64,000 nucleotides of DNA from Chloroflexota bacterium (GCA_963662335.2 CAXXVD010000003.1:288001-352000); one strand, 5' to 3'. Numbered from the stretch's first letter, positions 21,864 through 32,432 are shown. Notes: generated by a model not told the origin, from the sequence alone. Translations and numbers: made by a program.

Positions 21864-23056
21864 CAGACGTTCCCTCCCAGGTCGCCGCGTGTCCAGAGTT
21901 CGCCCAGGCGGTAGTCTTCCAGCCAGACTTTGAGTTCCGCGGGATCGAGCCGCTGAAGTTGCGTCGCGCCGTTGACTTTCTCACAGACAACCACTGCCTC
22001 CGGCACGTCCGATAGCGCGTCCACCAGGATGTCGGAGTGCGTCGTAACGATGATTTGGCTGCGCTGAGACGCTTCCACCAGGAGGTTTGCCAACTTTGGG
22101 ATGACGTCGGGGTGCAGGCCCATTTCCGGCTCTTCGATGCAGATGACCGGCGGAGACTCGCGACTGTAGAGAGCTGCAAGCAGGCAGAGGTAGCGCAAGC
22201 TGCCATCAGAGAGCCGTGTCGCCGGCACGTTCGATTCCAGTCCTTCTTCTTGGAAGAAGACTTGTACGGTGCCGCCGAGCACTACTGCGAGAATGTCTTG
22301 AAGCGACGGATAGAAGTCACGTTGAATGTCTATGAGTTTTTTCTTATATGGAGGTTTGTTGAGCAGTAGGCTTAAGACTACGGCGAGATTGGAGCCGTTT
22401 TCCAACAGATAGTCTTGGCCAAGATCGGCCGGTTGCGGAAGACGTACCGGCGTTTCGTGTCCGACTTGAAATTCTCTATAGAAGCGCAGCTTGTCAAATT
22501 GTTCGGACACATAGGATAGACCGTCAACTGGCAATGGTTCCGGTAATTGGCTAAGGATAGACTGGTCCGTTCTAAACTCATTAGACTTCAATACTTGCTG
22601 GGATGTTCTCTTGGCATTGGGTCGAATCACTGATCTGTGCTTGTCGTAGCGATAATAGAAACTCGGCCCATCTTCCTCCGTCTGTGAGGCCGCTTCTTCC
22701 AGTAGTTCCTCTCTGAGCGTAAAGTCCGCGTAGAACTGGGTGAATGAAAGCCGATATCGTAGCGGGATGGGAATCCAAGGCAAGTTCTCTACTGTCACTT
22801 CTATTGTCGCCTGGATTCTACGGTCGTGGGGCCCTTTCCAAAGCCACTCGCCTACGCCGCCTCCTTCAGCAAAAGGCACCTGAATGTCCCTGGGCGCTGC
22901 AGCAAGAATCGACAACGCCTCGATCAGGTTGGATTTACCGGAAGCGTTCGGGCCGATGAGGACATTGAGCGGTTCCAGTTCAAAGGGAGGCGTTTCCGGG
23001 CCATAGGAGAGGATGTTTTGCAGACGGATCGTTTGAATGAATCTCTTGCCATCCAT
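21860..23056 (-). CDS. ABC-type AAA ATPase (AAA_21/AAA_15-like)
   Basis: Walker A GPNASGKSN, signature LSDGSLR, Walker B IEEPEMGLHP, TTHS. Confidence 0.9.
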   Translation of the reverse strand: MDGKRFIQTIRLQNILSYGPETPPFELEPLNVLIGPNASGKSNLIEALSILAAAPRDIQVPFAEGGGVGEWLWKGPHDRRIQATIEVTVENLPWIPIPLRYRLSFTQFYADFTLREELLEEAASQTEEDGPSFYYRYDKHRSVIRPNAKRTSQQVLKSNEFRTDQSILSQLPEPLPVDGLSYVSEQFDKLRFYREFQVGHETPVRLPQPADLGQDYLLENGSNLAVVLSLLLNKPPYKKKLIDIQRDFYPSLQDILAVVLGGTVQVFFQEEGLESNVPATRLSDGSLRYLCLLAALYSRESPPVICIEEPEMGLHPDVIPKLANLLVEASQRSQIIVTTHSDILVDALSDVPEAVVVCEKVNGATQLQRLDPAELKVWLEDYRLGELWTRGDLGGNVW

Positions 23057-23449
23057 AGGAACTGTCCTTGCCTTTTCACGTTCCGTGTTGGGCGGAAGTC
23101 ACACTTCCCACTGGAGTAGGGTTTGAGCATGCGATGCGCCCACCCATCCTATGGAACAGTGCCCTAGTGTCGGTGTCAAGCAACGGCGCTCACTTGGGAG
23201 AAGCGGACAGTCAAATGCTCGCGCAATTGGCCATGCTTTCACGTCCATCGGACGGCTTTGCGATCGCTCTTGACACGTGGCTTCCCGGCGTTGCCGTGCC
23301 GCACTGGAGCCACAGACAGCGAGACCAGCCAACGCCGCTGGGTGGTATCATCTCTGTGTGTCACGGCGTGCAGTCTAGGGGTGTTGCTCAAGCGAGCGTA
23401 TCACAATACATAGCGTACGGTTTGCACTCCAGAGGAGGTAAGTTTTCCA

Positions 23450-24457
23450 ATGGCAGCGCAGCAGGATCCGGTTCGGTTTGGCATTATCGGCCTTGGTGTC
23501 GGCAAGTCGCGGGTGAAGCAGGCGGCGACGACGGCGGGGGCGCGGTTGGTGGCGGTCTGCGACTTGCAGGAGGAGTTGGCGGCGGCGCAGGCGGGGGAAT
23601 ACGGGTGCGACTGGCACACCGACCACCGCGCCTTGTTGGAGCGGCAGGACATCGACGCGGTGGGCATCTTCACCCCCAGCGGCACCCACGGCGATCTGGC
23701 CATCGAGAGCCTGCAGGCCGGCAAGCACACCTTCACGACCAAGCCGATGGACGTCTCCACGGCCAAGATCGACCAGGTAATCGCGGCCGGGGACAAGAGC
23801 GGCAAGATCCTGGCCGTGGACTTCCAGCGCCGCTACGAGCCCGGCACGCGCCTGATCAAGCAGGCGCTGGACGCGGGACGCATCGGGCGGCCGATCTTTG
23901 GCGACTTCCGGCTGAAGTGGTACCGCGCCGACAGCTACTTTGCCGGCGGCAATCCGCCCGGCTGGCGCGGCACCTGGCAGTACGACGGTGGCGGTTCGGC
24001 GGCCAACCAGGGCATCCACGGCATCGATCAGACCCTCTGGTTCATGGGGCCGGTGGCGCGCGTGCGGGCGCGCATCAACGTCTTCAACCACGACATCGAG
24101 ACCGAAGACGCCTGCGAGGCGCTGGTGACCTACGCTTCCGGCGCGTGGGGCGTCATCCAGACCACGACCACGGTCTACGGCGGCCTGGGCCACGAACATG
24201 AAATTCACGGCACCGGCGGCACCATCCAGATGCGGCAAGAGGACATCATGACGTGGGCGTTTGCCGATGACCCCGACGGCGGTATGCCCGATCCGGCAGA
24301 ACTCCCGCCCGGTCCGCAAAACATCGTCGAGGATATGCTCGGCGCGATACGGGACGGCAAACCGGTGGCGTGCAGCGGGCCGGAAGGGCGGCGGTCCGTG
24401 GAGTTGCTGGAGGCTATGTATACGTCGGCGCGGGAGGACCGGGAGGTGACGCTCTAG
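23450..24457 (+). CDS. Gfo/Idh/MocA family oxidoreductase
   Basis: FGIIGLG, AGKHTFTTKPM, GGG...NQGIHGID. Confidence 0.9.
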   Translation: MAAQQDPVRFGIIGLGVGKSRVKQAATTAGARLVAVCDLQEELAAAQAGEYGCDWHTDHRALLERQDIDAVGIFTPSGTHGDLAIESLQAGKHTFTTKPMDVSTAKIDQVIAAGDKSGKILAVDFQRRYEPGTRLIKQALDAGRIGRPIFGDFRLKWYRADSYFAGGNPPGWRGTWQYDGGGSAANQGIHGIDQTLWFMGPVARVRARINVFNHDIETEDACEALVTYASGAWGVIQTTTTVYGGLGHEHEIHGTGGTIQMRQEDIMTWAFADDPDGGMPDPAELPPGPQNIVEDMLGAIRDGKPVACSGPEGRRSVELLEAMYTSAREDREVTL

Positions 24458-24479
24458 CGGGCGCGCGGCAGGGCCGGCA

Positions 24480-24795
24480 GCCGTTCATCCTTCGACAGGC
24501 TCAGGACGAACGGAATGCGGGCCTTGCCGGTTGGTTTTCGCTTCTTTACCTCAATCAATTGGCAAACTCAGGACGAACGGATAGCGGTCTTGCCGGTTGG
24601 TTTTGAATTTCCCGTGCTTGGTTCCGGCGTAGCGCGGGGGCTTGTCCCTAATGCTGTCGCACTAAACAGAGAGGCAGCAAAACTCGCGTCCGAAGTCTCC
24701 GGTAGCGCAGGTTTGTAACCTGCGTAGCTGCCAGGTCAATCCTTTGCATGTCTGCCTTAATGGCTCAGGCGGGGGGCAAGCCCCCGCGCTACGGC
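24480..24795. repeat. Mixed REP cluster
   Basis: CCTTCGACAGGCTCAGGACGAACGG, GTAG-REPs in both orientations, GTAGCGCAGGTTTGTAACCTGCG. Confidence 0.7.
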
Positions 24796-24885
24796 GTTGA
24801 ATCGCACGCAGCCCTGCGGTAGGGCGCGCAACGTGGTACCATTGCCGCCAGTACGCACGAATTGGCACGCAAGGATGGGTAGGCT

Positions 24886-25722
24886 ATGGCATTCCGGTAC
24901 GCGTTCTGCAACGAGGCGTTCGAGGATTGGGAATTTGGGCGGATCTGCGACTATCTGGCGGAGCACGGGTACGCGGCCGTCGAGGCCGCGCCGTTCACCT
25001 TCGAGCAGTCGGTTTTTGACATAACCCCCGAGCAGCGGGCCGGCGCCCGGCAGGCCGCGGCCAACGCCGGCATCGAGATCATCGGTCTCCATTGGCTCCT
25101 GGTCGGGCCGGACGGGTTGCATCTCACGCATCCCGACGCGGCGGTGCGGCAGCGCACGGCAGACTACCTGCGGGGTCTCATTGCCCTCGGCCACGACGTG
25201 GGCGCGCCTTATCTCATCTTCGGCTCGCCCAACCAGCGCAACCTGCCGGAAGGCGTGGACTACGAGCAGGGCATGGCGTACGCGGCGGAGGTCTTCCAAA
25301 GCGTCTGCGACGAGGCGCAGCAGGCCGGTACCATGATTGCCATCGAGCCGCTCGCGCCGCCCCTTTGTAAGTTCATCACCACCGCGGCAGAGGGCGCGGA
25401 CCTGGTGCGGCGGGTGAATCATCCCGCTTTCACGCTGCACCTGGACGTGAAGGCCATGGAAAGCGGCGAAGCCGAGCCGCCGGCCGACATCATTCGCGCG
25501 CACGCCGGCCAATTCCCCCACTTCCACGCCAACGACGAGAACATGAAAGGCCCGGGTTTCGGCGACACCGATTTCGTGCCTATCATGCAGGCACTGCACG
25601 ACACCGGCTACGACGGCTACGTCTCAATCGAAATCTTCGAGTTCGAGCCGCACGCCGAAGTCCAGGCGCGGGAGGGCATCCGCTACCTGCGGGAGTGCGT
25701 CGACCGCATCGAAGGCGCGTGA
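24886..25722 (+). CDS. Sugar phosphate isomerase/epimerase (TIM barrel, tagatose-3-epimerase-like)
   Basis: AIEPL, LHLDVKAM, HFHAND, PGFG, YDGYVSIEIF. Confidence 0.88.
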   Translation: MAFRYAFCNEAFEDWEFGRICDYLAEHGYAAVEAAPFTFEQSVFDITPEQRAGARQAAANAGIEIIGLHWLLVGPDGLHLTHPDAAVRQRTADYLRGLIALGHDVGAPYLIFGSPNQRNLPEGVDYEQGMAYAAEVFQSVCDEAQQAGTMIAIEPLAPPLCKFITTAAEGADLVRRVNHPAFTLHLDVKAMESGEAEPPADIIRAHAGQFPHFHANDENMKGPGFGDTDFVPIMQALHDTGYDGYVSIEIFEFEPHAEVQAREGIRYLRECVDRIEGA

Positions 25723-25731
25723 CCGCTGAGG

Positions 25732-26544
25732 TTACGCGGCAAGGGCGCCCTCCAGGTAACGGCGGAAAGCGTCCGGCGCGAAGATCAGCGCATTGATCTC
25801 CATGGACGGCAGGCGGTAGGGGTCCGATTCCCGGGTGATGTAGCGCGCGGCGTGCGGCGGGCCGCCGTCGGTTTCGTCCGGTCCGGGCACGCCGACCAGT
25901 TCCGCATAGCGGGTCGTCTTGCCGTCCACCTGGTACTCCGCGCCGACGATCCACAAGCGCCCAAAGCGGTAGCGCGCCTTCACTTCACGCTCTGCGCTCG
26001 TGCTCCAACTCGTGCCGGTAAAGGCGAAGTCCCGCGGCGTGACGCCAAGGTGTTTCTGGATGGCAGCGTCGCATTGCGCGAGTTCGGCCCGCAGCGTTGC
26101 GCCGGTAGGGTCTGCCCGGCTCAATTCCGAAAGATTGGGATGGGTGACCGTGTGCGCGCCAATCTGCCAGCCGGCCGCGGCCAGTTCGGCGGCTTCTTCC
26201 CAAAGCAGCAGTTCGCGCTCGGCAAAGCCCGGCACGCCCTCCTGGTACATGGCGTCCAGCAAGCCCGTGTTGATGAACAGGTTTGCCGTGTAGCCGTATC
26301 GCGCCAGCACCGGATAGACCTCGTGGCGCATTGACTTCATGGGGTGGTCGAAGTCGAACATGATCGGGCGCTCAGGCAACGCGCCGCCATGCCAGAACCA
26401 AGCCGCCAATTCGTCGTAGCTGATTGACTGGAATCCCAATTCGCTGGCGATGGCGACAAGCCGTGCGAAGTGCTCCCGCGTCAGCGGATTGCGCCTGCCC
26501 GGAAATTGGTCGGTGCCGTGAGACATCGTTATGGGTATCTTCAC
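25732..26544 (-). CDS. Polysaccharide deacetylase family protein
   Basis: GTG start after GAAAGGAG; LPERPIMFDFD, IGAHTVTHPNL. Confidence 0.8.
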   Translation of the reverse strand: MKIPITMSHGTDQFPGRRNPLTREHFARLVAIASELGFQSISYDELAAWFWHGGALPERPIMFDFDHPMKSMRHEVYPVLARYGYTANLFINTGLLDAMYQEGVPGFAERELLLWEEAAELAAAGWQIGAHTVTHPNLSELSRADPTGATLRAELAQCDAAIQKHLGVTPRDFAFTGTSWSTSAEREVKARYRFGRLWIVGAEYQVDGKTTRYAELVGVPGPDETDGGPPHAARYITRESDPYRLPSMEINALIFAPDAFRRYLEGALAA

Positions 26545-26718
26545 GGGCGCGGCTCCTTTCGCTGGGAAAGGCGAGTTTGCATCCAGTGTACCGGACGGCG
26601 TCTCTGCGCGTGCTGCGCTTGGGTCAGCGCGCGGGCAAGCGCCCGTGTGCCCTACTCCGCACAGTGTATAATCACTGTAGATCGACGATGGATACGCGCA
26701 ACAAGAAGGACTGCATCT

Positions 26719-27879
26719 ATGGCAAATATGCAACTCACCGTTCACGCGGGCAATCACGACCGCAATGAATGCCCGGTATGGGCGCCCGCCGGCGGCCTGG
26801 ACGCCGGGGCGAGTTACGTGGTGCGCGACGAGGAGTCCGGCGCGCAACTGCCCGCGCAGGTTGTGCCGGGCGGCGACGGCGCGCATCTCGTCTGGATAGT
26901 GCCGGCTTTGGCGGCCGGCGCGTCACGCGCGTACACGGTGCATGAAGGCTCCACGCCGGGAGGCGTGACGGTGGCCGCGGGCGAGCACGGCGTGGACGTC
27001 CACGTGGACGGCGCGCTCTTCACCACCTACCGCTATGCCGAGCCGGTCGTAAAGCCCTATCTCTATCCCGTCATCGGCCCTACCGGCGAGGGCATGACGC
27101 GCAACTACCCCATGATTCCCGACGTGCCGGGCGAGAAGCACGACCATCCCCACCATAAGTCCATCTACGTCTCGCATGGCGACGTGAGCGGCGCGGACGT
27201 CTGGAGCGAGGTGGAAGGCCACGGCTACCAGCGGCACGTCGAGTTCCTGCCGGCCTATGGCGACTGTGGCGGCCACGCCAGCGGCCCGGTGCTGGGCGCG
27301 CTGCGCTCGACCAACAATTGGGTGGGGTCTGATGAGCAGAAGGTGGTTGAGGACGAGCGGCGCTTCACGTTCTACCCCTTGCCGTCCGGCGCGCGGCTGA
27401 TCGACGTGGAGATCACGTTCCGCGCTACGGCGGGGCCGGCGCGCTTTGGCGATACCAAAGAGGGCGGCATCATTGCGCTGCGGGTCGCCACCAGCATGGA
27501 CGCATCGGACGATGGCCGCATGGAGAATGCCATCGGCGGCATTGGCGAGGCGGAGTGCTGGGGCAAGCGGGCGCAATGGCTGGACTATACCGGCCCGGTG
27601 GCCGGGCAGACGCTGGGTTTCGCGGTCTACGACCATCCCTCCAGTTTCCGCCACCCGACGTATTGGCACGCGCGCAACTACGGCCTGTTTACGGCCAATC
27701 CCTTCGGCCTGCACGACTTCTATGCCAACCCCGGCGTGGACGGCAGCCACGTGCTACCGGAAGGCGGCAAGTTGCGCTTCAAGTACCGCATTTACGTCCA
27801 CGCCGGTGACACGGCAACGGCGCAGGTGGCGCAACGGTACCACGACTACATCACGCCGCCGGAGGTTACGGCGGAGTAG
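26719..27879 (+). CDS. DUF6807 / 'PmoA-family' beta-sandwich protein, probably carbohydrate related
   Basis: KPYLYPV.GP.G..MTR.YP, DHPHHKS, FGDTKEG, WHARNYGLF.ANPFG. Confidence 0.8.
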   Translation: MANMQLTVHAGNHDRNECPVWAPAGGLDAGASYVVRDEESGAQLPAQVVPGGDGAHLVWIVPALAAGASRAYTVHEGSTPGGVTVAAGEHGVDVHVDGALFTTYRYAEPVVKPYLYPVIGPTGEGMTRNYPMIPDVPGEKHDHPHHKSIYVSHGDVSGADVWSEVEGHGYQRHVEFLPAYGDCGGHASGPVLGALRSTNNWVGSDEQKVVEDERRFTFYPLPSGARLIDVEITFRATAGPARFGDTKEGGIIALRVATSMDASDDGRMENAIGGIGEAECWGKRAQWLDYTGPVAGQTLGFAVYDHPSSFRHPTYWHARNYGLFTANPFGLHDFYANPGVDGSHVLPEGGKLRFKYRIYVHAGDTATAQVAQRYHDYITPPEVTAE

Positions 27880-27939
27880 GCTGGGCGCGGCCTACTTGCC
27901 GCCCGGCGCGATGCGGGCGCTCTTGCATGGAGTCCTCCC

Positions 27940-28462
27940 ACCGTAGCGCGGGGGCTTGTCCCCCGCCTGGGGCTGCGCGGGCGGAGAAGATGGATTCCCG
28001 CATTTGCGGGAATCACCATGGCTGTGCACCGGCCACACAAGGGAATGAAAACGTACGCACATCTCTCCGTTCGTGCTGAGGGCTGCGCGAAGCCCCTGTC
28101 GAAGTATGAACGGAGATATGCGCGTTCGTTGTTGCTACCCGCTTTCTCCGCCGTTCACCCTTCGACAGGCTCAGGGCGAACGGTTTGGTTGCGCAATTTT
28201 CCAGAGTAATGTGAGGACTACTCGCGTAGTGAAGGCCCTCCTACCGTAGCGCGGGGGCTTGTCCCCCGCATTGGGCTGTGCGGATCGGGAATCACCATGA
28301 CCGGGCACCGGTCACACAAGGGGATGAAAACGCCCGCACATCTTACCGTTCATACTTCGACAAGGGCTTCGTGCTGCCCTCAGCACGAACGGTAAGATGT
28401 GCGGGCGGATTTGCTACACGCTTTCTCCGCCGTCCACCCTTCGACAGGCTCAGGGCGAACGG
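27940..28462. repeat. Direct duplication (~240 and ~220 bp copies) of a composite REP cassette containing a 77-bp hairpin
   Basis: Copies at ~27940-28183 and ~28243-28462 share GTAG-REP, GGGAATCACCATG, CACACAAGGG.ATGAAAACG and CCCTTCGACAGGCTCAGGGCGAACGG. Confidence 0.85.
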
Positions 28463-28524
28463 CTGGGTCACGCTACTTCTATAGAATTGACGCTACTTGG
28501 GCCCTACCCAAGTAGCGCGCAGCC

Positions 28525-29730
28525 CTATGCCGGCGCGGTGAACCACACCGGGCTCGACCAGGCGGTGCGTTCATCGGCCTGCACCACGCGCACGTAGTAG
28601 TAGACCGCCGTGCCGTTCCCGCCGTCGGGCACCGGCGGCGAGACGTTCAGGATGTCTTCCAGCGGATCATCGTCAACCAGGTCTACGGTCACGTCTGCCG
28701 TAGTCTCCGGCGGATGGAAGCGGCGCACGTCCACGTTATTGCGCACCAGGGTGATATGGGCGATCGGCGCCGTGCCGTGCACGTCCACGTGGATTGTGCG
28801 CGGGCCGTCCGGCAGCGCGCCGCCGTCCGCGCCCATGATGTGGCCGTTCGTCTCGGTCCAGAGGCGGATTTTCCTGCCGGTGGCCGCATAGCAACGGCGG
28901 GCGTGCAGGGCGGCAAAGATGCCCTCGCGGGTGAATTCCTCCGCATAGACGCCGGCGAGGCCGGCTCCCAGAATGTTGCGGCGATACGAATTGCGCGCGG
29001 CGCTTATCGGGTTGGCCGGACGGCCCGGGATCTTGGGATCGAACGGTGGGTGATGCCCGCCGGAGTGGCCGGAGTGACTGTCGCTGCTGCCGATCACGCC
29101 CACGCGGTAGCCCCGCGCCAGGCCGTCCTGCAGGAACGAACCGGGCACGCCGGGCGACCAGTTGGGATCGCAGGCCTGCGGGTTGCCTTTGTATTCGTAG
29201 TTCCCCCAATTGGACGTTATTTCCACCACCGGCTCGTAGCGCGGATTGAGCGTGGACCAGTCGTAGGGCGTCTGGTCCCGTGCCAGGTGGTGCGGAATCA
29301 TCAGCGCTTCATACGGCAACTCGTCGAAGGCCGCCCACATCTCGTTGATGGAGTTGATGTCGTGGCCGCTGGGCAGCAACGGCGGTTCATCGTCGCAGAA
29401 ATACGCGTTGTGGTGGCCGTAGGTGCGATCGAGCGGCGAGTTCCACTCGTAGGCCGGAATAGTCACGAACCGGCCGGGGTCATGATAGGCGCGGTTCGCC
29501 TCCAGGATCACCCCGAACTGGTCTTCGGTGAGCACAATGGGCTCCTTCTTGCCCAAGCCGGAAAAGGTGTGATCGGTGACGGCGGCAAAGTCAATCTCCG
29601 CCACGTCGCGCGCGTAGCGGTAGCAGTCCGCCGGCGAGCCGTCAAAGCCGTCCGGGATCGACTCCGGCTTGAAGCACACCGAGTACTCGGCGTGGACGTG
29701 GGTATCGCCCCAGAGCAAGGTGTATTTCAT
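28525..29730 (-). CDS. PHP-like metallohydrolase (CehA/McbA / DUF3604-like)
   Basis: WGDTHVHAEYS, DFAAVTDH, AYEW, GHHN, GSSDSHSGH, YYYVRVVQAD...AWSSPVW. Confidence 0.8.
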   Translation of the reverse strand: MKYTLLWGDTHVHAEYSVCFKPESIPDGFDGSPADCYRYARDVAEIDFAAVTDHTFSGLGKKEPIVLTEDQFGVILEANRAYHDPGRFVTIPAYEWNSPLDRTYGHHNAYFCDDEPPLLPSGHDINSINEMWAAFDELPYEALMIPHHLARDQTPYDWSTLNPRYEPVVEITSNWGNYEYKGNPQACDPNWSPGVPGSFLQDGLARGYRVGVIGSSDSHSGHSGGHHPPFDPKIPGRPANPISAARNSYRRNILGAGLAGVYAEEFTREGIFAALHARRCYAATGRKIRLWTETNGHIMGADGGALPDGPRTIHVDVHGTAPIAHITLVRNNVDVRRFHPPETTADVTVDLVDDDPLEDILNVSPPVPDGGNGTAVYYYVRVVQADERTAWSSPVWFTAPA

Positions 29731-29757
29731 GCGTTGCCTTTCCCGGCGCAAGTGCGG

Positions 29758-30582
29758 CTAGCCTGCCGTCGCCTCTACGTGCTTGCCCAATTCAAGCGGC
29801 GTCCTGAATACCTCGAGAATGTCGTTGCCGGTCACGCGGGCCTGCCGGCTGGGCGCGCCGTTGTCGGGGCGGGTGGTGTGCACGAGCGTGTAGGGCGGTT
29901 CCAGCCAGAAGCGGCCGATTTCGTCACGGCGCTCGATGCCGCGCTTCACGCCCGCGTAGATGAGCGCGCGCGCCTTGGTGGGATGCAGGTGTATAGCAGC
30001 GCCGTTGAACGCGCGGTTGTCGTCCATGCCCAGGCCGGTGGCCGACCCCCGGTCGAGGCCTTCCTTCACCACGGCCGTCTCGATGCCCGGCGCCAGCGCC
30101 TCCGCCTCTTGCGCCGCCGCCAGATCGCCGCTCAGGAAGACGTACGGCACGCCAAAGTACGCCGCGCAAAGAAAACTTCGGCCACTTTCGCCAATGGAGA
30201 CGCCGTTGATGGTCAGGTCTTCCACGCCAAACGAGCCGGAATGGGCCAGATGGCCGCCGGGGGCGTTCGACTTGGCGTGCTGGCCGATGCTAATGGCAAC
30301 GTCGAACGACGCGTCGATAACGGCGCCCATAGGGCGGGGGCGTCCCTTGAGCAGGCGCGCCGCCGGATGCAGCAGCAGGGGCGTGATGGCCCCGTGGCCG
30401 TGGCCGTCGATCACGACAATGTCTGTCGCGCCGGCCGCAAGCGCCCCCTCGACGGCGGCGTTGACTTCCAGCGTGGTGAGTTCGCAGCCGCGCTCGTAGT
30501 AGCGGGAATCCGGAAAGCAGTAGTTCGGCGAGTCGACGACCCCCGCCACGCCCTCCATGTCGGTCATGACGTAGACTTTCAT
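29758..30582 (-). CDS. dppA: D-aminopeptidase, peptidase M55 (DppA-like)
   Basis: MKVYVMTDMEGVAG, EVNAAVEGA, DGHG, FLSGD. Confidence 0.85.
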   Translation of the reverse strand: MKVYVMTDMEGVAGVVDSPNYCFPDSRYYERGCELTTLEVNAAVEGALAAGATDIVVIDGHGHGAITPLLLHPAARLLKGRPRPMGAVIDASFDVAISIGQHAKSNAPGGHLAHSGSFGVEDLTINGVSIGESGRSFLCAAYFGVPYVFLSGDLAAAQEAEALAPGIETAVVKEGLDRGSATGLGMDDNRAFNGAAIHLHPTKARALIYAGVKRGIERRDEIGRFWLEPPYTLVHTTRPDNGAPSRQARVTGNDILEVFRTPLELGKHVEATAG

Positions 30583-30750
30583 AGCTCGAACTCACTTCGG
30601 TATAGGCCAACTATCGAGCGCCGAGAGTTCTCGCCACCAACGTATATGCATATTCTATTCATCTCAATACCTTAATAAAAAGCGGCGAACACGCAGTTCG
30701 CCGCAAGTGGACTCCCTGCTCGGGACGCACCCAAGCAATAATTCCCCTGC

Positions 30751-30780
30751 ATGATAGACTGGCGCATTGCTGTGAGTCAA
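30751..30780 (-). promoter_or_regulatory. Putative sigma70 promoter for the dppA-like operon
   Basis: TTGACT-N18-TATCAT on the minus strand. Confidence 0.35.
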
Positions 30781-30972
30781 GGGTTTATCGGTCGCACTAT
30801 CGGTTGTGAATTGCTTGACAATCCATCGAAACCGGACAGCAAGAATGCATTTGCAGCCTCTTCCTATGCGCCCACAGTGCGACGTAGGGGCACGGCATGC
30901 CGTGCCCCTACGTGAATTGGCAGGCCAACCAACCGCCACTCTCACAGCGGGATGATTGGTCGAAGCCGCGCC

Positions 30973-32349
30973 CTATTCCTTCGGAATGAGGAGTTCGTTG
31001 ATGATGTCAGTCGCAACGCGGCCGTATTCCGCGGGGGTCAGTTCGCCGACGTCGTACGCTTGAAAGTGCGGACGCAGCGCGGCGCCGACCTCGCCCCAGG
31101 TGGGGTAGGCGTTCATGCCGTAGCTTGACGGCGGGCTGAATTTAACCTGCTCCGCGTGGGCGACGGCGTCGAACCCAATGGTCGCCTTGAGTTGCTCCGC
31201 CGGCATGTTCACCGCGGACTGCACCGCAGAAATGGTGTGGCCCATGGCCAGGGTGAACTCCGTGTTCGGCTCCGGCTCCATCATCCAGCGGTTCACCGTC
31301 CAGGTCTCATCCGGGAAGCGGCTAAAGCCGATGAGGATTGCCGGGAACCAGGAGCGGCCGGAGATGTTCTTCTCCGCGCTGAACGGCAGGGTGGCGCCGA
31401 TGGCTTCAAATTCCACCTGCCGGTAGCCGTTGGTAATAGTCATGCCCACTTTGCCGGATTCCCACAAGGCGCGCCGGCCGGTACCGGCCGCGCCCAGACC
31501 TTCGGCGTCCTCCGGCAGCGGCACCACGCGGTGCTTGAGCTTGAGGTCCACCCAATAGGCCAGCCCCTCGACGAACTTCGGATGGTCCATCACGGCAACG
31601 TTGCGCTCGTAGTCCCAGGCAATCTGGCCGAAGTACGCGCCGCGCTGGTGGCCGCGCGTGCCGTCGGAAGCCGAGACGCCGCCGTTATGCCCAAACTGCT
31701 CAGTGCCGTTTGTCATGGCCTTGGCGTATTCGAGGAACTTGTCCATACTCCAAGACGCGTCCGTGGGATCGATGGGCGGCGGCTCAAGCCCGGCATTGTC
31801 CAGCAGCGCCTTATTGAGGATCACGGCGTCGCAATTGCCGGAGCCGGGCCACCCGTACAACATTCCGCCGACGGTCCAGTGCGTCAGAGCGTTTGGCAAA
31901 AAGTGTTCCGACGGTACCAGGCCGTCGGCCTTGAAAAAGTCGTCCAAGGGCGAGAGAATCTCGCCTTCGATCAGGTCGGCAAACGAACCCCAACTGGTGC
32001 GCAGGAAGTCGATAGGCACGCCCGACGCCGCCTGGAGCAGCAGCTTCGTCTTCGCCTCATCGCCGCTGGACATATTTTGGATGGTGATGGTGATGTTGGG
32101 ATTGGCCGCCTCGAACTTGTCGAAGAGCGTGCGCACCTTGACCGTGGCGCTATCGGAATCGCGGGAGAGATAGGTGAGTTCAACGTCCTCCGCCGGGGCC
32201 GGCGCGGCTTCGGCCTTCTCTTCCGGCGCCGCTTGCTCTTCCGCCGGCGCGGCTACCTGGGCCGTGCCGCACGCGGCTACAAATGCCGCCCCGCCAACTA
32301 CCGGTACCGCCGCCAGTACCGTTCTGCGTGAAAGCCGTGCCTTCTCCAT
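30973..32349 (-). CDS. Extracellular solute-binding lipoprotein (family 1, sugar-type), Tat-like signal
   Basis: LSRRTVL...FVAAC lipobox; FEAANPNITI; no permease adjacent. Confidence 0.85.
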   Translation of the reverse strand: MEKARLSRRTVLAAVPVVGGAAFVAACGTAQVAAPAEEQAAPEEKAEAAPAPAEDVELTYLSRDSDSATVKVRTLFDKFEAANPNITITIQNMSSGDEAKTKLLLQAASGVPIDFLRTSWGSFADLIEGEILSPLDDFFKADGLVPSEHFLPNALTHWTVGGMLYGWPGSGNCDAVILNKALLDNAGLEPPPIDPTDASWSMDKFLEYAKAMTNGTEQFGHNGGVSASDGTRGHQRGAYFGQIAWDYERNVAVMDHPKFVEGLAYWVDLKLKHRVVPLPEDAEGLGAAGTGRRALWESGKVGMTITNGYRQVEFEAIGATLPFSAEKNISGRSWFPAILIGFSRFPDETWTVNRWMMEPEPNTEFTLAMGHTISAVQSAVNMPAEQLKATIGFDAVAHAEQVKFSPPSSYGMNAYPTWGEVGAALRPHFQAYDVGELTPAEYGRVATDIINELLIPKE

Positions 32350-32432
32350 GACCGTTTCTCCTTTTAGATGGGAGGGACTCTGTGGCACTGATATATTCCT
32401 GGGTGTGCCCACGCACACCTCCGCGTACGCTG

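Noticed and set aside
26719-27879. Methane monooxygenase subunit
   Set aside because: The 'PmoA' family label is nominal; soluble protein, no pmoCAB operon
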